Source of the DNA: Chiloscyllium plagiosum
Taxonomy: Eukaryota
DNA length: 63,033 nt
NCBI RefSeq assembly: GCF_004010195.1
Contig: NC_057735.1
Location: 2,803,941-2,866,973 of the forward strand
Reading direction: 5' to 3'
Shown: one piece after another, positions 1 through 12,200 of the stretch
Layout of the letters: each line of letters starts with the position of its first letter
Numbering within the stretch: position 1 is the first letter of the stretch
Notes under the pieces: generated by a model
The model's input: only the letters and a program-made list of their open reading frames with translations
What the model was told of the DNA's origin: nothing
The model's database searches: none
Translations under genes and position numbers: made by a program

Positions 1-182
1 TGACCTCTTTCCACCTATCACATTTTCCACGCCCTTCCCCCAAGTCCCTCCTCCCTACCTTTTATCTTAGCCTGCTGGACAAACTTTCCTCATTCCTGAA
101 GGGCTTATGCCCGAAACGTCGATTCTCCTGTTCCCTGGATGCTGCCTGACCTGCTGCGCTTTTCCAGCAACACATTTTCAGC
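1..182 (+). mobile_element. Penelope-like element family A, 3' end (pLTR) with hammerhead-like core
   Basis: Near-identical to 53981-54162, which follows a GIY-YIG-like ORF remnant; ends ...cacattttcagc. Confidence 0.8.
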
Positions 183-705
183 CAGTTGTAGAATCTCCAA
201 CTAGTAAAAACAGTTTATGTCCCTGCTCTCTTCTAGCTAATACCTTAAAGACTTCGATCAGATCTCCTTAACTAGCCAAATTCTAGAGAAAACATACTTG
301 AAGGGGATGGATATTTGCCGGATTATGGGAAAAAAAATGGAAATGGATCAAAACGGATGGTTCTGTCATTTGTACAGGCACAGTGAGCTCATCAGTTACC
401 TTGTGAATTCCAATAGTTTTATTAAATGTGAAATGTAAATCAGAAGAACCCCATTTTAAAGCGGTCCTGGGTCCTTTTCTATCATTGTGGGGGAGCGGGG
501 GTTGTGTGCTGCAGGATGTTATGGAATGCATGCAAAAAGGCATTTGGGTTTCTAATTTACCTCTCATCCTTCTCCTTTTTACACTACCCCCACCCCCACC
601 AAAAAAAAGGTTGTTCAGTGCCTCACACCCACTTAGTCATTTAATTAAATCCCAGCTAAACCCTCCCCTGAACTTTGCTTCCCTCCTTTGCTCCGTATTC
701 CATTA

Positions 706-1015
706 TGTGGAGGTGCTGGGGTGGGCAAAATTTAAAATCACATCACACTGGGCTTATGCCCGAAACATCAACTCTCCTGCTCCTCGGATGCTGCCTGACC
801 TGCTGTGCTTTTCCAGCACAACACTCTCGACTCTGAGCTCCAGCATCTGCAGCCCTCACTTTCTCCGGGTTATAGTCCAACAGGTTTATTTGAAATCACA
901 AGCTTTCGAGCACAGCGCCTTCGTTAGGTGAAGGGACAGTGCTCCGAAAGCTTGAGATTCCAAACAAACCTGTTGGACTGTAGCCTGGTGTTGTGTGGCT
1001 TCTGACTTTGTCCAC
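706..1015. mobile_element. Palindromic PLE family B terminus with a nested family A fragment (about 750-865)
   Basis: Inverted arms ttatagtccaacaggtttatttg...caaacaaacctgttggactgtagcc; gctccgaaagctt hammerhead half-core; nested cccgaaacatc...gatgctgcctgacc. Confidence 0.7.
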
Positions 1016-1425
1016 ATTCCCTCACCTTGAATATTTCACCGAACCCGAACATTCACTGCCTGTTGGAATTCCAGATTTCTCAAATGTGTGCGCAAACATC
1101 TTTCCTAAATACTATGACTAAATTTAGGATTTTTCACTCTTATTCCGTATTTCCACCAGGAAAAAATATTTCTCTTTAATCTACCCATTGAAACCTTTGT
1201 TATTTTAAATACCTTAGATTACCCCTCAGATAAGACTACAAGAACAATTTCATTTCATTTACATAAAATCAAATAGCTTGTGCATGTTAGGCCAATTAAT
1301 TCTCACCTTCTAATCCCATTGTGTCTGATCACCATGTCACAAGGTGGTTTAAACATTCCAAATACCTACAGCTCAGTTTTCATATTTTTTACTGTATGCA
1401 GAAATACAAGATATTTTACAGGAAG

Positions 1426-1431
1426 TTTATT
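1426..1431 (-). terminator. Candidate distal polyadenylation signal AATAAA
   Basis: Minus strand reads ...ctgtacattatgtaaagcatgtgtaaAATAAActtcctgtaaaatatcttgtatttctg: several upstream UGUA motifs and a U/GU-rich downstream tract. Confidence 0.55.
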
Positions 1432-1633
1432 TTACACATGCTTTACATAATGTACAGATAACTGCGGAGCAACAAATATACACAAGGACAGACACTGGTC
1501 ACACATCGCACACAGTAGTTGCAGATGGCCCATAGCACATTATCTCTAGAGGGACACTGAATCCAGTAGCTGGGAAGAGGGATTTGCAACACAGTACCTG
1601 TTCACGAGGAGTTTCAAAGGAGGTCAGTTAGGA

Positions 1634-1640
1634 GAGGTAG
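1634..1640 (-). promoter_or_regulatory. let-7 7mer-m8 seed site near the distal polyA signal
   Basis: Plus strand GAGGTAGT equals let-7 nt 2-9; depends on the UTR extending this far. Confidence 0.5.
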
Positions 1641-2139
1641 TTCAAGAGGTTGGGCAGAGGAGGCAAGGTCAGAAAGGGACCTTTAGTCATGAGTGAATAT
1701 CTTGATACTGAAGAGCTGGAATGACAGGCTTGCAGAAATTTCTATGGAACAGCTTGTGGGTGAGGCGCATGGGTTTATATAAATTGGTGAAATTTACAGG
1801 GCAAGAAAGTGAATAAATGCAGACAGTATCTGTGGTCAGGGCCAGACCACACTTAACCTACCAACAATAGACTCAGCTTGAGAAAGAACGAGAGGAAAGC
1901 TCAGCAACAACGATAGTACAACTGTTAAAGTGTTAACATTTCAAAGACATTAGATGGCAGAAACCAACTGACTTTAGTGACAGGGCCACCTCTGTAATAC
2001 AGGTGACAGTCCCTGACCAAACTTTTTTCCACATTTTGTCAATCTCAATAGCAGAGAAATGTTGTAGATTTTAAAAGAAATTAAACTTCAAAAACATTAC
2101 ATTACAAGGATGGATGTAAAATCAAGAAATTCTAATTAT

Positions 2140-2520
2140 CGGGAATAAGCCAACAGGCTCGGTCTCTTCTCTGGAGGAAGAGAAGACTTAAGGGACAACC
2201 TGATGAGTTCTTTAAAACTGTTTAAAGTATTTGACAGATTTGACAACGTTGTTTCAATTTGTGGAGCAGAATCCAAACCTAGTACCCATTAAATAGAAGA
2301 TGGTAACTAATGGGGAATTGAGTAGAAACCTCTTTACTCAAGAGCAATACTTTATTTTAGAATATGGAATTTGTTACCATTTAAGGGGAAGCTAGACAAG
2401 CAGAAAGGTTACAAAATAGGTTATGCTAGTTGTGTTAGATTAAGTAGGGTCAGGCGAGGGAAGCTGATCAGGAACATAAACGTTAACAAAGACCAAATTG
2501 GCTGAATGGCCTGTCTGTCA
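2140..2520 (+). mobile_element. Old CR1 LINE 3' fragment
   Basis: Decayed ctcttctctggag.aagagaagacttaagggac, tttaaggggaagctagacaag and ggctgaatggcctgt motifs. Confidence 0.6.
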
Positions 2521-4445
2521 AATTCCAAAATTTGGATGAATTAAAGAAAAAGTCAGAAATCCATTACTAACCAGCCAAATCCACCTTAGCGGATGTTCAC
2601 AATCACCAATGCATGTCTTAGAATGGAATATTTAAGTAATAATTCACCAAAGTAAATCATTAATCACTGAAACAAACCCTGACATCAATGAAATAAATCA
2701 GTGTACTACAGTCACTGACAGTATCGGGTCAAATAAATATGCTGTTAATCATTACCACTGGCTTGTTTAAAAACCCACAAAACTTTGAAGAATTATTAAT
2801 GAAATTCTATTACATCATTTCCCCAACTTGTGGTTCAAAAGTAGAGAGAAAACAGAAATAAGCAAGTTGCAATTAACACATTATCAGGTGGCAGCTTGTC
2901 ACAAGAGCAAGACAAAGACATTAAGATATGGACAGTCAAAAGCAAGTACTACAGAGAACAAACAGGTCGGTCATGGGTGCAGTTGTTCCTAGAATAGTAA
3001 AAGCAGCCTGTAATAAACAGAGAACATGAAATCAAATTCCTTGAAAACATTATGAATTGATTATAAAGGTGTTGGATTGTCACAAAACAAAAACCCAATT
3101 AGTTCATTGATGGCCATTACAGACATAATCACTTGTCAAAAATAGTCTGCTGGCAGTTTGTAGTTTTCCAGCTTTGTGACTGATAATTGTATGGACATGG
3201 ATGACACTAATAAAGCATGATGAGTCAACCACAGTGTGAGCTAAAGACGAGTAGGATCCGATGATGCAAGAATGGCAATTTCTCTTCTCTGAAGACATTA
3301 GTCAATCTGTTGGATTTCTACAATAATTGGGAAGTTTTTGTACAATTCTCCTATTTAAAAACACAAGTTTACAGTTTTATTGAATTCAATCTCCAAACAT
3401 TTGGAGACCTGTACTAGAACAACAAGATGAATGTACCCACATGTTCAGACTTGGATACTGCCTATCACTTGCAGACTGATGCATGACCTAATGCTATATA
3501 AGATGGCGGGCACAGTATGGTATTTAGAGTGATTTTTCAGTCTTCCCTGCAAGAAACATGCTGTGTTCATCAATATTAAGCTGAAACTGACTTTTTGACC
3601 ATAATTAGAATTATGTTCATCTGAAGGCAACATTCAGTCAGGATTGATTATTTAGTTAATACCCTGCAACGTGACCAACAATAGTTTAAATCCTGAAGGG
3701 CTTAAACAAAGTTATGGTCTAGCCATGGTTTCTTCACCTCCATTTTACAGTTTAAATATCCGAGGCCAGTGACCTTCCATCAGAATTGCTTTCACTGTTC
3801 ATTGGCCTGAAATATGAACTTGGTTTATTTTTCTCTCACCTCGCACACTACCTGACCTGTTGGGTACAGAATTTCCAGCATGCTCGGTTTCTATTTCAGC
3901 ACTTTGCTTTCATCAACACAGCAAACTACTGCAGACGCAACTGTTGCTACTGAGCTACATGGAAACATTAATGTTTAGTTTTAGCAACAGGTGCTACTGT
4001 ACAACTTCAATATGATCACATCTATATTAAGAGTGGGTCCATGTAGATGCAGGAAGTTTAACAGGTGCTGATTCAATGGGAGAATTTAAAAGTTTCTGAA
4101 GTTGATGATTCAGATGGATGTTTCCAGCTGCCATCTCACACTGATGTTTTAACACCATGGGATTGCACTCTCCAAAATCACAGGTAATTATGAAACATTC
4201 AGGTTGTTATATGCACAGGGCTCAAATTGAGCATGCAAGTGGTGAATAGCTCCACTGTTCATCATGTTCCATTGTCCTGTAATATTTGGTTATCAATAAC
4301 TGGAACTATCTTTTAAAGTTGCAGCTACCAGGACTAACTCAGGACAATGCAGACTGTGGGAGTGAAGATGCTGGCCCAGCTATGTATATCATGTGCACCC
4401 GTTCTCACAACAAGCTTTCAAATCCATAATTTAAAAAAGGAAACT

Positions 4446-4453
4446 TATTTACA
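4446..4453 (-). promoter_or_regulatory. Pumilio response element UGUAAAUA
   Basis: Plus strand TATTTACA in an AU-rich UTR segment next to an (AT)n run. Confidence 0.35.
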
Positions 4454-5966
4454 ATATGTAAGGCTCCACATTTGATTTTAACATGTGCATATGTATAGAA
4501 TATATATAATATATATAAAAGTTATAAATGCAACAGTCAATTTATACCAAAGGTTCCAATATAGACAAGGACATTGTGACCAGGGAGGAAAGTTTTATCA
4601 GCCACATGGAACTGTTTAATGCTTTGACATTGCCCCCACCAACACGTTCTCTCCTGCTAGCTAACCAACAAGGAATCACCAGTAGGGCCAAAATGAAATC
4701 CAAGCGTGTATGTTTATGATTATCATGCCAAGATTATATGGCAATCCACGAGGAGGAGAGGCTCACTGCATTTGCCACTCAAATTCATTAAGTGCAGCTG
4801 TTGTCACTGCTTCGGTTCCAGTTCAAGTCTTGAACAGCCGAGGACAACCTCAAGCATGAACACATCAGCTGGCCAACCAACATCCGGCATTTTAAAATTC
4901 TCATACTCAGACAGGCAGTCGAAGACAATCTTTTTTTCTCAGCAATAGTCCCGTGCCAATCCAAAAATCGTCCTGCTCAAATCTTGCAGGCGAGACACAA
5001 CAGTCAGGTCACACTGAGTTCATTGTGGCTGGAGCACTGCAAGTTCTTTTTAAAACTCCAATGATTTTAAAAAAAAAACAGGAATGTATGTAGCATTATA
5101 AATCTTCTGGCAGCAGTGTAAAAACTCACAATTCAATCAGTATATCCTACATTATAAGCGCAGTCCAGATACTGTAATGGCTCTGTATTTGGTGCACTGA
5201 AGCTGGATTATAACTAATAACTCAGTGTGGTATCTGCCAGCTGACTGCCTACATCATCATCACACTTGCGAGAGAAGAGAGAATGTTCTTTTTGATGCAT
5301 TTACAACGGAGAGCTGCTGTCTTGGCAAAGATGAGATTATTTTCGAAAGGCTAATTGCTAAGTCCCAACTGGAGCTGGACACCTCGCAATTGTGTTCCTG
5401 TGAAGTCAGTTCAGACAGGAGAACAATTACATATGATTACTCATCCATTTGCTGCTCTCAAATCAGTTAAATGTACTTTCTGCAGTTTTGACAGCACAAT
5501 GTCAGTAACATTCGACACACTGCATTCACTGGAACTATGAAATATATATCCAGTAACCTAATTTTAGTGTTCCAAAGCTGGACTTATATGGAGGAGGACA
5601 CTGAGCTGAACACAAGATGAATTTTTGGTGAGTACACAGGGAGAAAATTAAGGGGTCCAATTATTTAGCTGGAGGGAGCATTTTCCATAGCCAATGCTTG
5701 CAGGCAATTTTAATTTTTATTATGGGATTCCAAGAGGTTTGCCAATATTTCAGGGAGCATTCCACAATTCCAATTGTCATCTTTGCCCTAGGATAGTGGC
5801 TGAAATACTAAAGTCTCATATTAATGTGGCTTACACCAGAAAAATGTACTCAATAACGAACCATTCTTTGTTGCTTCCTTCCAAGGATTGTTGTAAATGA
5901 AGATGAGGAGCTGTCAAGCCTAATCATAAACATACATAGCCAGTTCTGGCCTCAGTGTCAATGCTT

Positions 5967-5974
5967 TGAGGTAG
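5967..5974 (-). promoter_or_regulatory. let-7 8mer seed site (CUACCUCA), about 60 nt after the stop codon
   Basis: Plus strand TGAGGTAGT equals let-7 nt 1-9. Confidence 0.7.
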
Positions 5975-6035
5975 TGAATGGAGGTTCTGATGCCCAGGGG
6001 ACCAACAGTACATGTGCATTCATCACATACATGAT

Positions 6036-6268
6036 CTACGTAGTGGCACCATAAGCCTGCATGTCTAAAGTCCGCTCATTGCCAGTGTTCTGCTCAAGGC
6101 TCCTCTGGCTCAGTCTGCTTTTAGCTACGGAGGGTTCAGCCCCATCCTCTGTCTCATTGTCACCTTCCAAAAAAGCCTGGGGATTCTCGTGAATAGTCAC
6201 AGGTTGCTGTGAATAATGAGAATGTCCTGAATCTGTACTCGAACCCCAAGGAGGCTGTGGGCAGGATT
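6036..6268 (-). CDS. LRIG2: LRIG2 terminal coding exon 19
   Basis: Pyrimidine tract then cattag| (E)[28 protein letters not shown]...QAYGATT* (TAG at 6038-6036); phase matches exon 18. Confidence 0.8.
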
Positions 6269-9200
6269 CTAATGAAAAAAGGCAAAGAGACAGACAGATA
6301 GACAATGAGAAAATTAATATGCAACAATTAACTCTAACACAACATTAGTTCTTAAAATTAAGTCACAACATAATTTTCAGCCTCATATGTGCACACATTT
6401 AGCCTAAGCAATGCTTAGCGCATGATTAAACTCAATATGTAGACACTATTTACTGTACTGAACTATTTCAGTGAGCATCAAAAATAACAAAGAAATTGCA
6501 ATTAGTGTTATAATTTGTTACGACACAGGGTAAACCCCTCTGCTAATTTAAATCCGACACATACAGAAGCTCACCTCGCACCATAATCTTTTACATTTTG
6601 AGAGGCTAAGAACTATCACAGATTTCACAATTTAAAGTAAAAATGAATAACTTTATTCTTTAAAACCACAAGAGAACGTTAGACAACCATTTACAACTCC
6701 TTTCACTTAAACCTATCTTTTACCTCCCACTCTACCATACTGGTCCAATTAAAAAAAAGCCTGATTCAGATTTACAAAAAAAAAGGTTTCAAAACCAGTC
6801 AGCTTTGTCAATTTTCCTCTGTAGGTTTTTCTCTGTCATCTTTTCTTCGGTATTCTGCTTCACAGGTCTTTCATATGAATAGGTACCTTTGGGAGAGCTC
6901 TTCAGCTAGCAGTCTATACTTGTTGGTGTTTTTGACAGTTCTCCCCCTAACTGTTCAAAAAGTCCGGTTTTATACCCTCAAAATATTGGATCATTTCATT
7001 GGTTTGTTGTTGTCAAAATACTAAATTCAAATTTAATTGGATTTTCATATCTGGGGCATAATTTAAATTGATTGGCCAAATTTGAATTTGTTTTTGTATC
7101 ATGGCAACTCATGTGGTTTCACAGTCAAACATTTTAACTTCTTTCAGCACATTCTGTGCCTCTCCGAGTCTGTTCCAGCTTCCAGTCTCTCTTAAAGGTA
7201 TGGTGCACACCTACACAAGTACACAGTGATAAGGAAAAAACCTTAAAGCACCCGAAAATGTGCAGCAGTTGTGATACGAGGAATTTAGTTTCCCAATGTT
7301 AAGGTCAAAGCATTTTATGCTGATTGATTTATGGTGAAGGAATGATGATGTTATTTTAGATTCATGTCAGAATTTTTACCATAAACACAAATCCACTTCT
7401 TTTTAAGACACTGAATTCCTAACATTTTCATGCTATATATGGGCGGCATGGTGGCTCAGTGGTGAGCACTGCTGCCTCACAGCACCAGGGTCTCAGGTTC
7501 AATTCCAGCCTCGGGTGACTGTCTGTGTGGAGTTTGCACATTCTCCCCGTGTCTGTATGGGTTTCCTCCGGGTGCTCCGGTTTTCTCCCACAGTCCAAAG
7601 ATGTGCAGGTCAGGTGAATTGGCCATGCTAAACTGCCCATGGCGTTAGGTGCATAAGTCAGAGGGAAATGGGTCTGGGTGGGTTACTCTTCAGAGGGTCG
7701 GTGTGGACTTGTTGGGCCAAAGGGCCTGTTTCTACACTATATGGAATCTTAATCTAATCTAATTTTCAGTACTTGTCAGAATTTTTTTTATAGCTGAAAA
7801 TGTGTTGCTGGAAAAGCGCAGCAGGTCAGGCAGCATCCAAGGAACCGGAGAATCGACGTTTCAGACATAAGCCCGTCTTCAGGAAACGTCCTGAAGACGG
7901 GCCTATGCCCGAAACGTCGATTCTCCTGTTCCTTAGATGCTGCCTGACCTGCTGCGCTTTTCCAGCAACACATTTTCAGCTCTGATCTCCAGCATCTGCA
8001 GCCCTCACTTTCTCCTCGAGAATTTTTTTTTATAACCTACAAGTATATGAAATAGGAGAAGTACACTATTTGGCCTCTCAAGCCTGTGTCACTCAATAAA
8101 ATCAGAGCTGATCTGCTCACTGAAAATTCCACATTCCCATCTACACCAATCCCCTAGCAAGAATCTTATCCACTTGTCTTAAATTTGCTCAGTGACCTCA
8201 CCACCACTGCCTTCTGGGGCAGAGTTCCAAACTTCTCATCCCTAAAACATTGCTCATGTCTGCCCTAAAAGGATGACACAATTTTAAAACTGCATTCACT
8301 ATATCTGGACTGACCCTCAAAAGGAAACATCCTTTCCATTTCCACCTTATCAAGGCAATTTAGAATTTTATACACACCAATTAAGTCACTCCTTCTTCTA
8401 AACATCAGTAAAAAGCAGATCAATCTGTCCTATCCTCATATACCAGCCTCTCCCTATAGCTCAAATCCTCCACCCTTGCCAACATCCTTGTAAATCTTTT
8501 CTGAACCCCTTATAGATTCACAATATCCTTACAATAGGAAGGACACCAGAATTGTACACAGTATTCCAACAATGGTCTAACCAATGTCCTATACAGCCGC
8601 AACATGATCTCCCCACTCCTGTACTCAATACTCTGACCAATAAAGGAAAACATACCAAACGCCACCTTCACTATCCTATCTACCTGCGACTCCACTTTCA
8701 AGGAACTATGATCCTGCACTCCTGCACAGCCAGTAGTGGGCGGCACGGTGGCACAGTGGTTAGCACTGTTGCCTCACAGCGCCAGAGACCCGGGTTCATT
8801 TCCCGCCTCAGGCGACTGACTGTGTGGAGTTTGCACATTTTCCCCGTGTCTGCATGGGTTTCCTCCGGGTGCTCCGGTTTCCTCCCACAGTCCAAAGATG
8901 TGCAGGTCAGGTGAATTGGCCATGCTAAATTGCCCGGAGTGTTAGGTAAAAGGGGTAAATGTAGGGGTATGGGTGGGCTGCACTTTGGCGGGTCGGTGTG
9001 GACTTGTTGGGCTGAAGGGCCTGTTTCCACACTGTGAGTAATCTAATCTAATCTAATGTAAGTAATCTAATCTAAAACAACCATAAACATTCCAGGTATT
9101 AGTTTAAAAAAACCTCTTCTGAGGTTCTCTTCATCTGCTTCCAATGCATTTGGATCTTTCCTTAAATAAGGAGACTAAAACTGCACAGTATCCCACTTGC

Positions 9201-12200
9201 TCAGTCTGTTGGTTATAGATGTTGGGAAGTCATGTTGAGGTGTACAGGACATGATTTGGATGTGAACATAAGAGGTATAGTTAGTAAGTTTGCAGATGAC
9301 ACCAAAATTAGAGGTGTGGTGGACAGCGAAGTGGGCTACCTCAGATTACAACGGGATCTCGATCAGATGGGCCAATGGGCTGAGTAGCAGCAGATGGAGT
9401 TTAATTTAAGTAAACATGAGGTGCTGCATTTTGCGAAAACAAATCTTAGCAGGACTTATACACTTAATGGTAAGGTCCAAGGGAGTGTTGCTGAACAGAG
9501 ACCTTGGAATGCAGGATCATAGCTCCTTGAAAGTGGAGTCGCAGGTAGATAGGATAGTGAAGGTGGCGTTTGGTACGCTTTCCTTTATTGGTCAGAGTAT
9601 TGAGTACAGGGGTTGGGAGATCATGTTGTGGCTATACAGAACATTGGTTAGGCCACTGTTGGAATACTGTGTACAATTCTGGTGTTCTTCCTATTGGAAG
9701 GATATTGTGAATCTAAGGGGTTCAGAAAAGATTTACAAGGATGTTGGCAAGGGTGGATGATCTGAGCTATAGGGAGAGGGTGAACAGGCTGGGGCTGTTC
9801 TCCCTGGAGCGTTGAAGGCTGAGGGGTGACCTTATAGAGGTTTATAAAATCATGACGGGCATAGATAAGATAAATAGACAAAGTCTTTTCCCTGGGGTGG
9901 GGGAAGTCCAGAACGAGTCGGCATAGGTTTAGGGTTAGAGGGGAAGGATATAAAAGAGACCCAAGTGGCAACATTTTCATGCAGAAGATGGTACGTGTAT
10001 GGAATGAGCTGCCAGAGGAATTGGTGGAGACTAGTACAATTGCAACATTTAAAAGATATCTGGATGGGTATATGAATAGGAAGGGTTTGGAGGGATATGG
10101 GCCGGGTGCTGGCAGATGGGACTAGATTAGGTTAGGACATCCAGTTGGCATGGACGAGTTGGAGCGAAGGGTTTGTTTCCATGCTGTACATCTCTATGAC
10201 ATTGCTGAGGCTTCTTCTTAGGTCTCCAGTTCTGGTCACCTAATTATATGAAGGATATTATTAAGCTGAAGAGGGTTCAGAAGGTATGAAAGGTTTGAGT
10301 TATAAAGAAAGGTTGGGAGCTTTTATCACTGGAGCGAAGGAGGTTGAGAGAGAGTTAATGGTAGTTGTCTTTTCCCAAGGATGGGGGATTGTGAGACTAA
10401 GGGGTACATTTTTAAGGTTAGAGGAGAGATTTAAAAAAGACATGAGGGGAAATATGTTTACACACTGAGGAAGTGGTGGATGTGGGTACAATTACAATGT
10501 TTAAAAGACATTTGGACAAGTATACGAATAGGAAAGGTTTGGAGGGACATGGCCAGAAGCAGGCAGGTGGGACTAATTTAGTTTGAGGTTATATTTGATA
10601 TGGACTGGTTGGACTGAAGGTCTGTTTCTGTGCTGTATGATTATATGCAGTCTCACCAATGTCCACTATAACTAAAGTATAACATCTTTTATGCTGATTT
10701 CCTTCTTCTACTAATAAAGGACAGTACCCATTACCCTTCTCAATTATGTACTGTACATACATATGAATGTTTTGTGACACCAAAACTTGTATGTTTGAAT
10801 CTTACAATTATTCGCCCTGTAAATAAGTGTTTTTATCATCCTCCCTGCCAAGGGGACCAATTTCATATTTTCGCACATTATTCTCCATCAGCCAGCTTTC
10901 TGCCTACTCATTTAATCTATGTCAGTCTACAAATTCTGGTCTTCTTCACAATGTACATTTCTACGTATCTTGATGACATCTGCATATTTAGCTACCACAC
11001 CTTTGCTTTCCTCATCTAAATCAATGTTGAACAGAGACCCCTGATAAGATTCCTTTCTTTCAAAAAACCTATGACCAATTAGACAAAGACCCACTTATGC
11101 AAACAAGGGTTCTCCGATTTACAAATGTCCAACTTATGAATGTGATGCTGTACACAGGTGTAATTTTAAACATGCAACATTACAAATGTTTTATGGACGC
11201 ATAAATGACTACTTTATATTATCCTGCATTGTATTGTGCTTAAGTACAATTTAACATGTGAATGGACTCCAGAATGAAACCACAATAGAACTTAGAGACT
11301 GTATTCTGTTTTTTGTCTACCAATTTATGTATGTTAGTGTTACAGCATACACCATGAGCTTTCATTTCTGAAATAACATTTAACATGGCACTTTATTAAA
11401 TGCATTCTAGCATCAAACTAATGTATTCACTGCTCATAATACTCTTTTCCCTTTAAGGTAACCATGCTGACTACTGATTACCTTGAACTTTACTATATAT
11501 CCAGCAATAATTTCACGAACAATCGATCCCCTGTGACAGCTGTCCAGCTAACTTGTCTTTAGTTTCTACCTTCCTCTCTTCTTGAATTTGCTGTTGTCCA
11601 GTCAGATGGAATTTTTACTAAATCAAGTGAATTTGGGAAAATTATCAGTAAATCTACTATTTCATCAGCAAACAATCTTGTGACATAAGGATGAAGCCCA
11701 ACTGGACCTGAAGATATACCAGTCCACTGCTCTAGTTTACCCAGTATCATTTACTTCACGCTAGCTCAGTGCTCCAGTTAACACAGTATCATTTACTCCA
11801 CACTAGCCCACTGCTCCAGTTTACCTGGTATCATTTCCATCCAGGATATCTAGCCTGTCCAAACTCTTAAAGTTAGAGAATGAAGATGACCAGATAGCAA
11901 TCTCTGCTCCATTTTAGATAATTCAAACTAAGACATTACAACCGTATAGTTCAATGTCCCCATCTGTCAATATTCAAACTCAATTTAAACAAATAACAGT
12001 GGCATCCTCTAAACTATGTTCGTTGTAAGATGTGGGCTGTAGATTTTTTTGTCATTCTGCCTCAAAGTTGGCTGTTGCTGGAGAGACTCAAGGTTTCATA
12101 AGTGAAACAAATAACTTACCTTTCTGGTGCTGCTGTGCACTTGCTGGATTGCTTTTCCTATTGTGATTTGTTAAATAAACGGACATGTTGGCCTCTGTCA

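Larger units (their letters stand above)
1410..6035 (-). other. Probable long LRIG2 3'UTR
   Basis: Repeat-poor, non-coding region downstream of the stop codon, ending at a strong polyA context; extent inferred, no transcript data. Confidence 0.55.

Noticed and set aside
428-931. 167-aa plus-strand ORF
   Set aside because: Non-ATG start, runs through PLE termini, no recognisable domain or splice structure.
7441-7515. tRNA-like A/B boxes as tRNA genes
   Set aside because: They are heads of HE1 SINEs followed by V-core and LINE-derived tail.
7788-7985. Mirror ORFs [15 protein letters not shown] on both strands
   Set aside because: Artefact of the palindromic PLE cassette; the same pseudo-peptide recurs at other copies.
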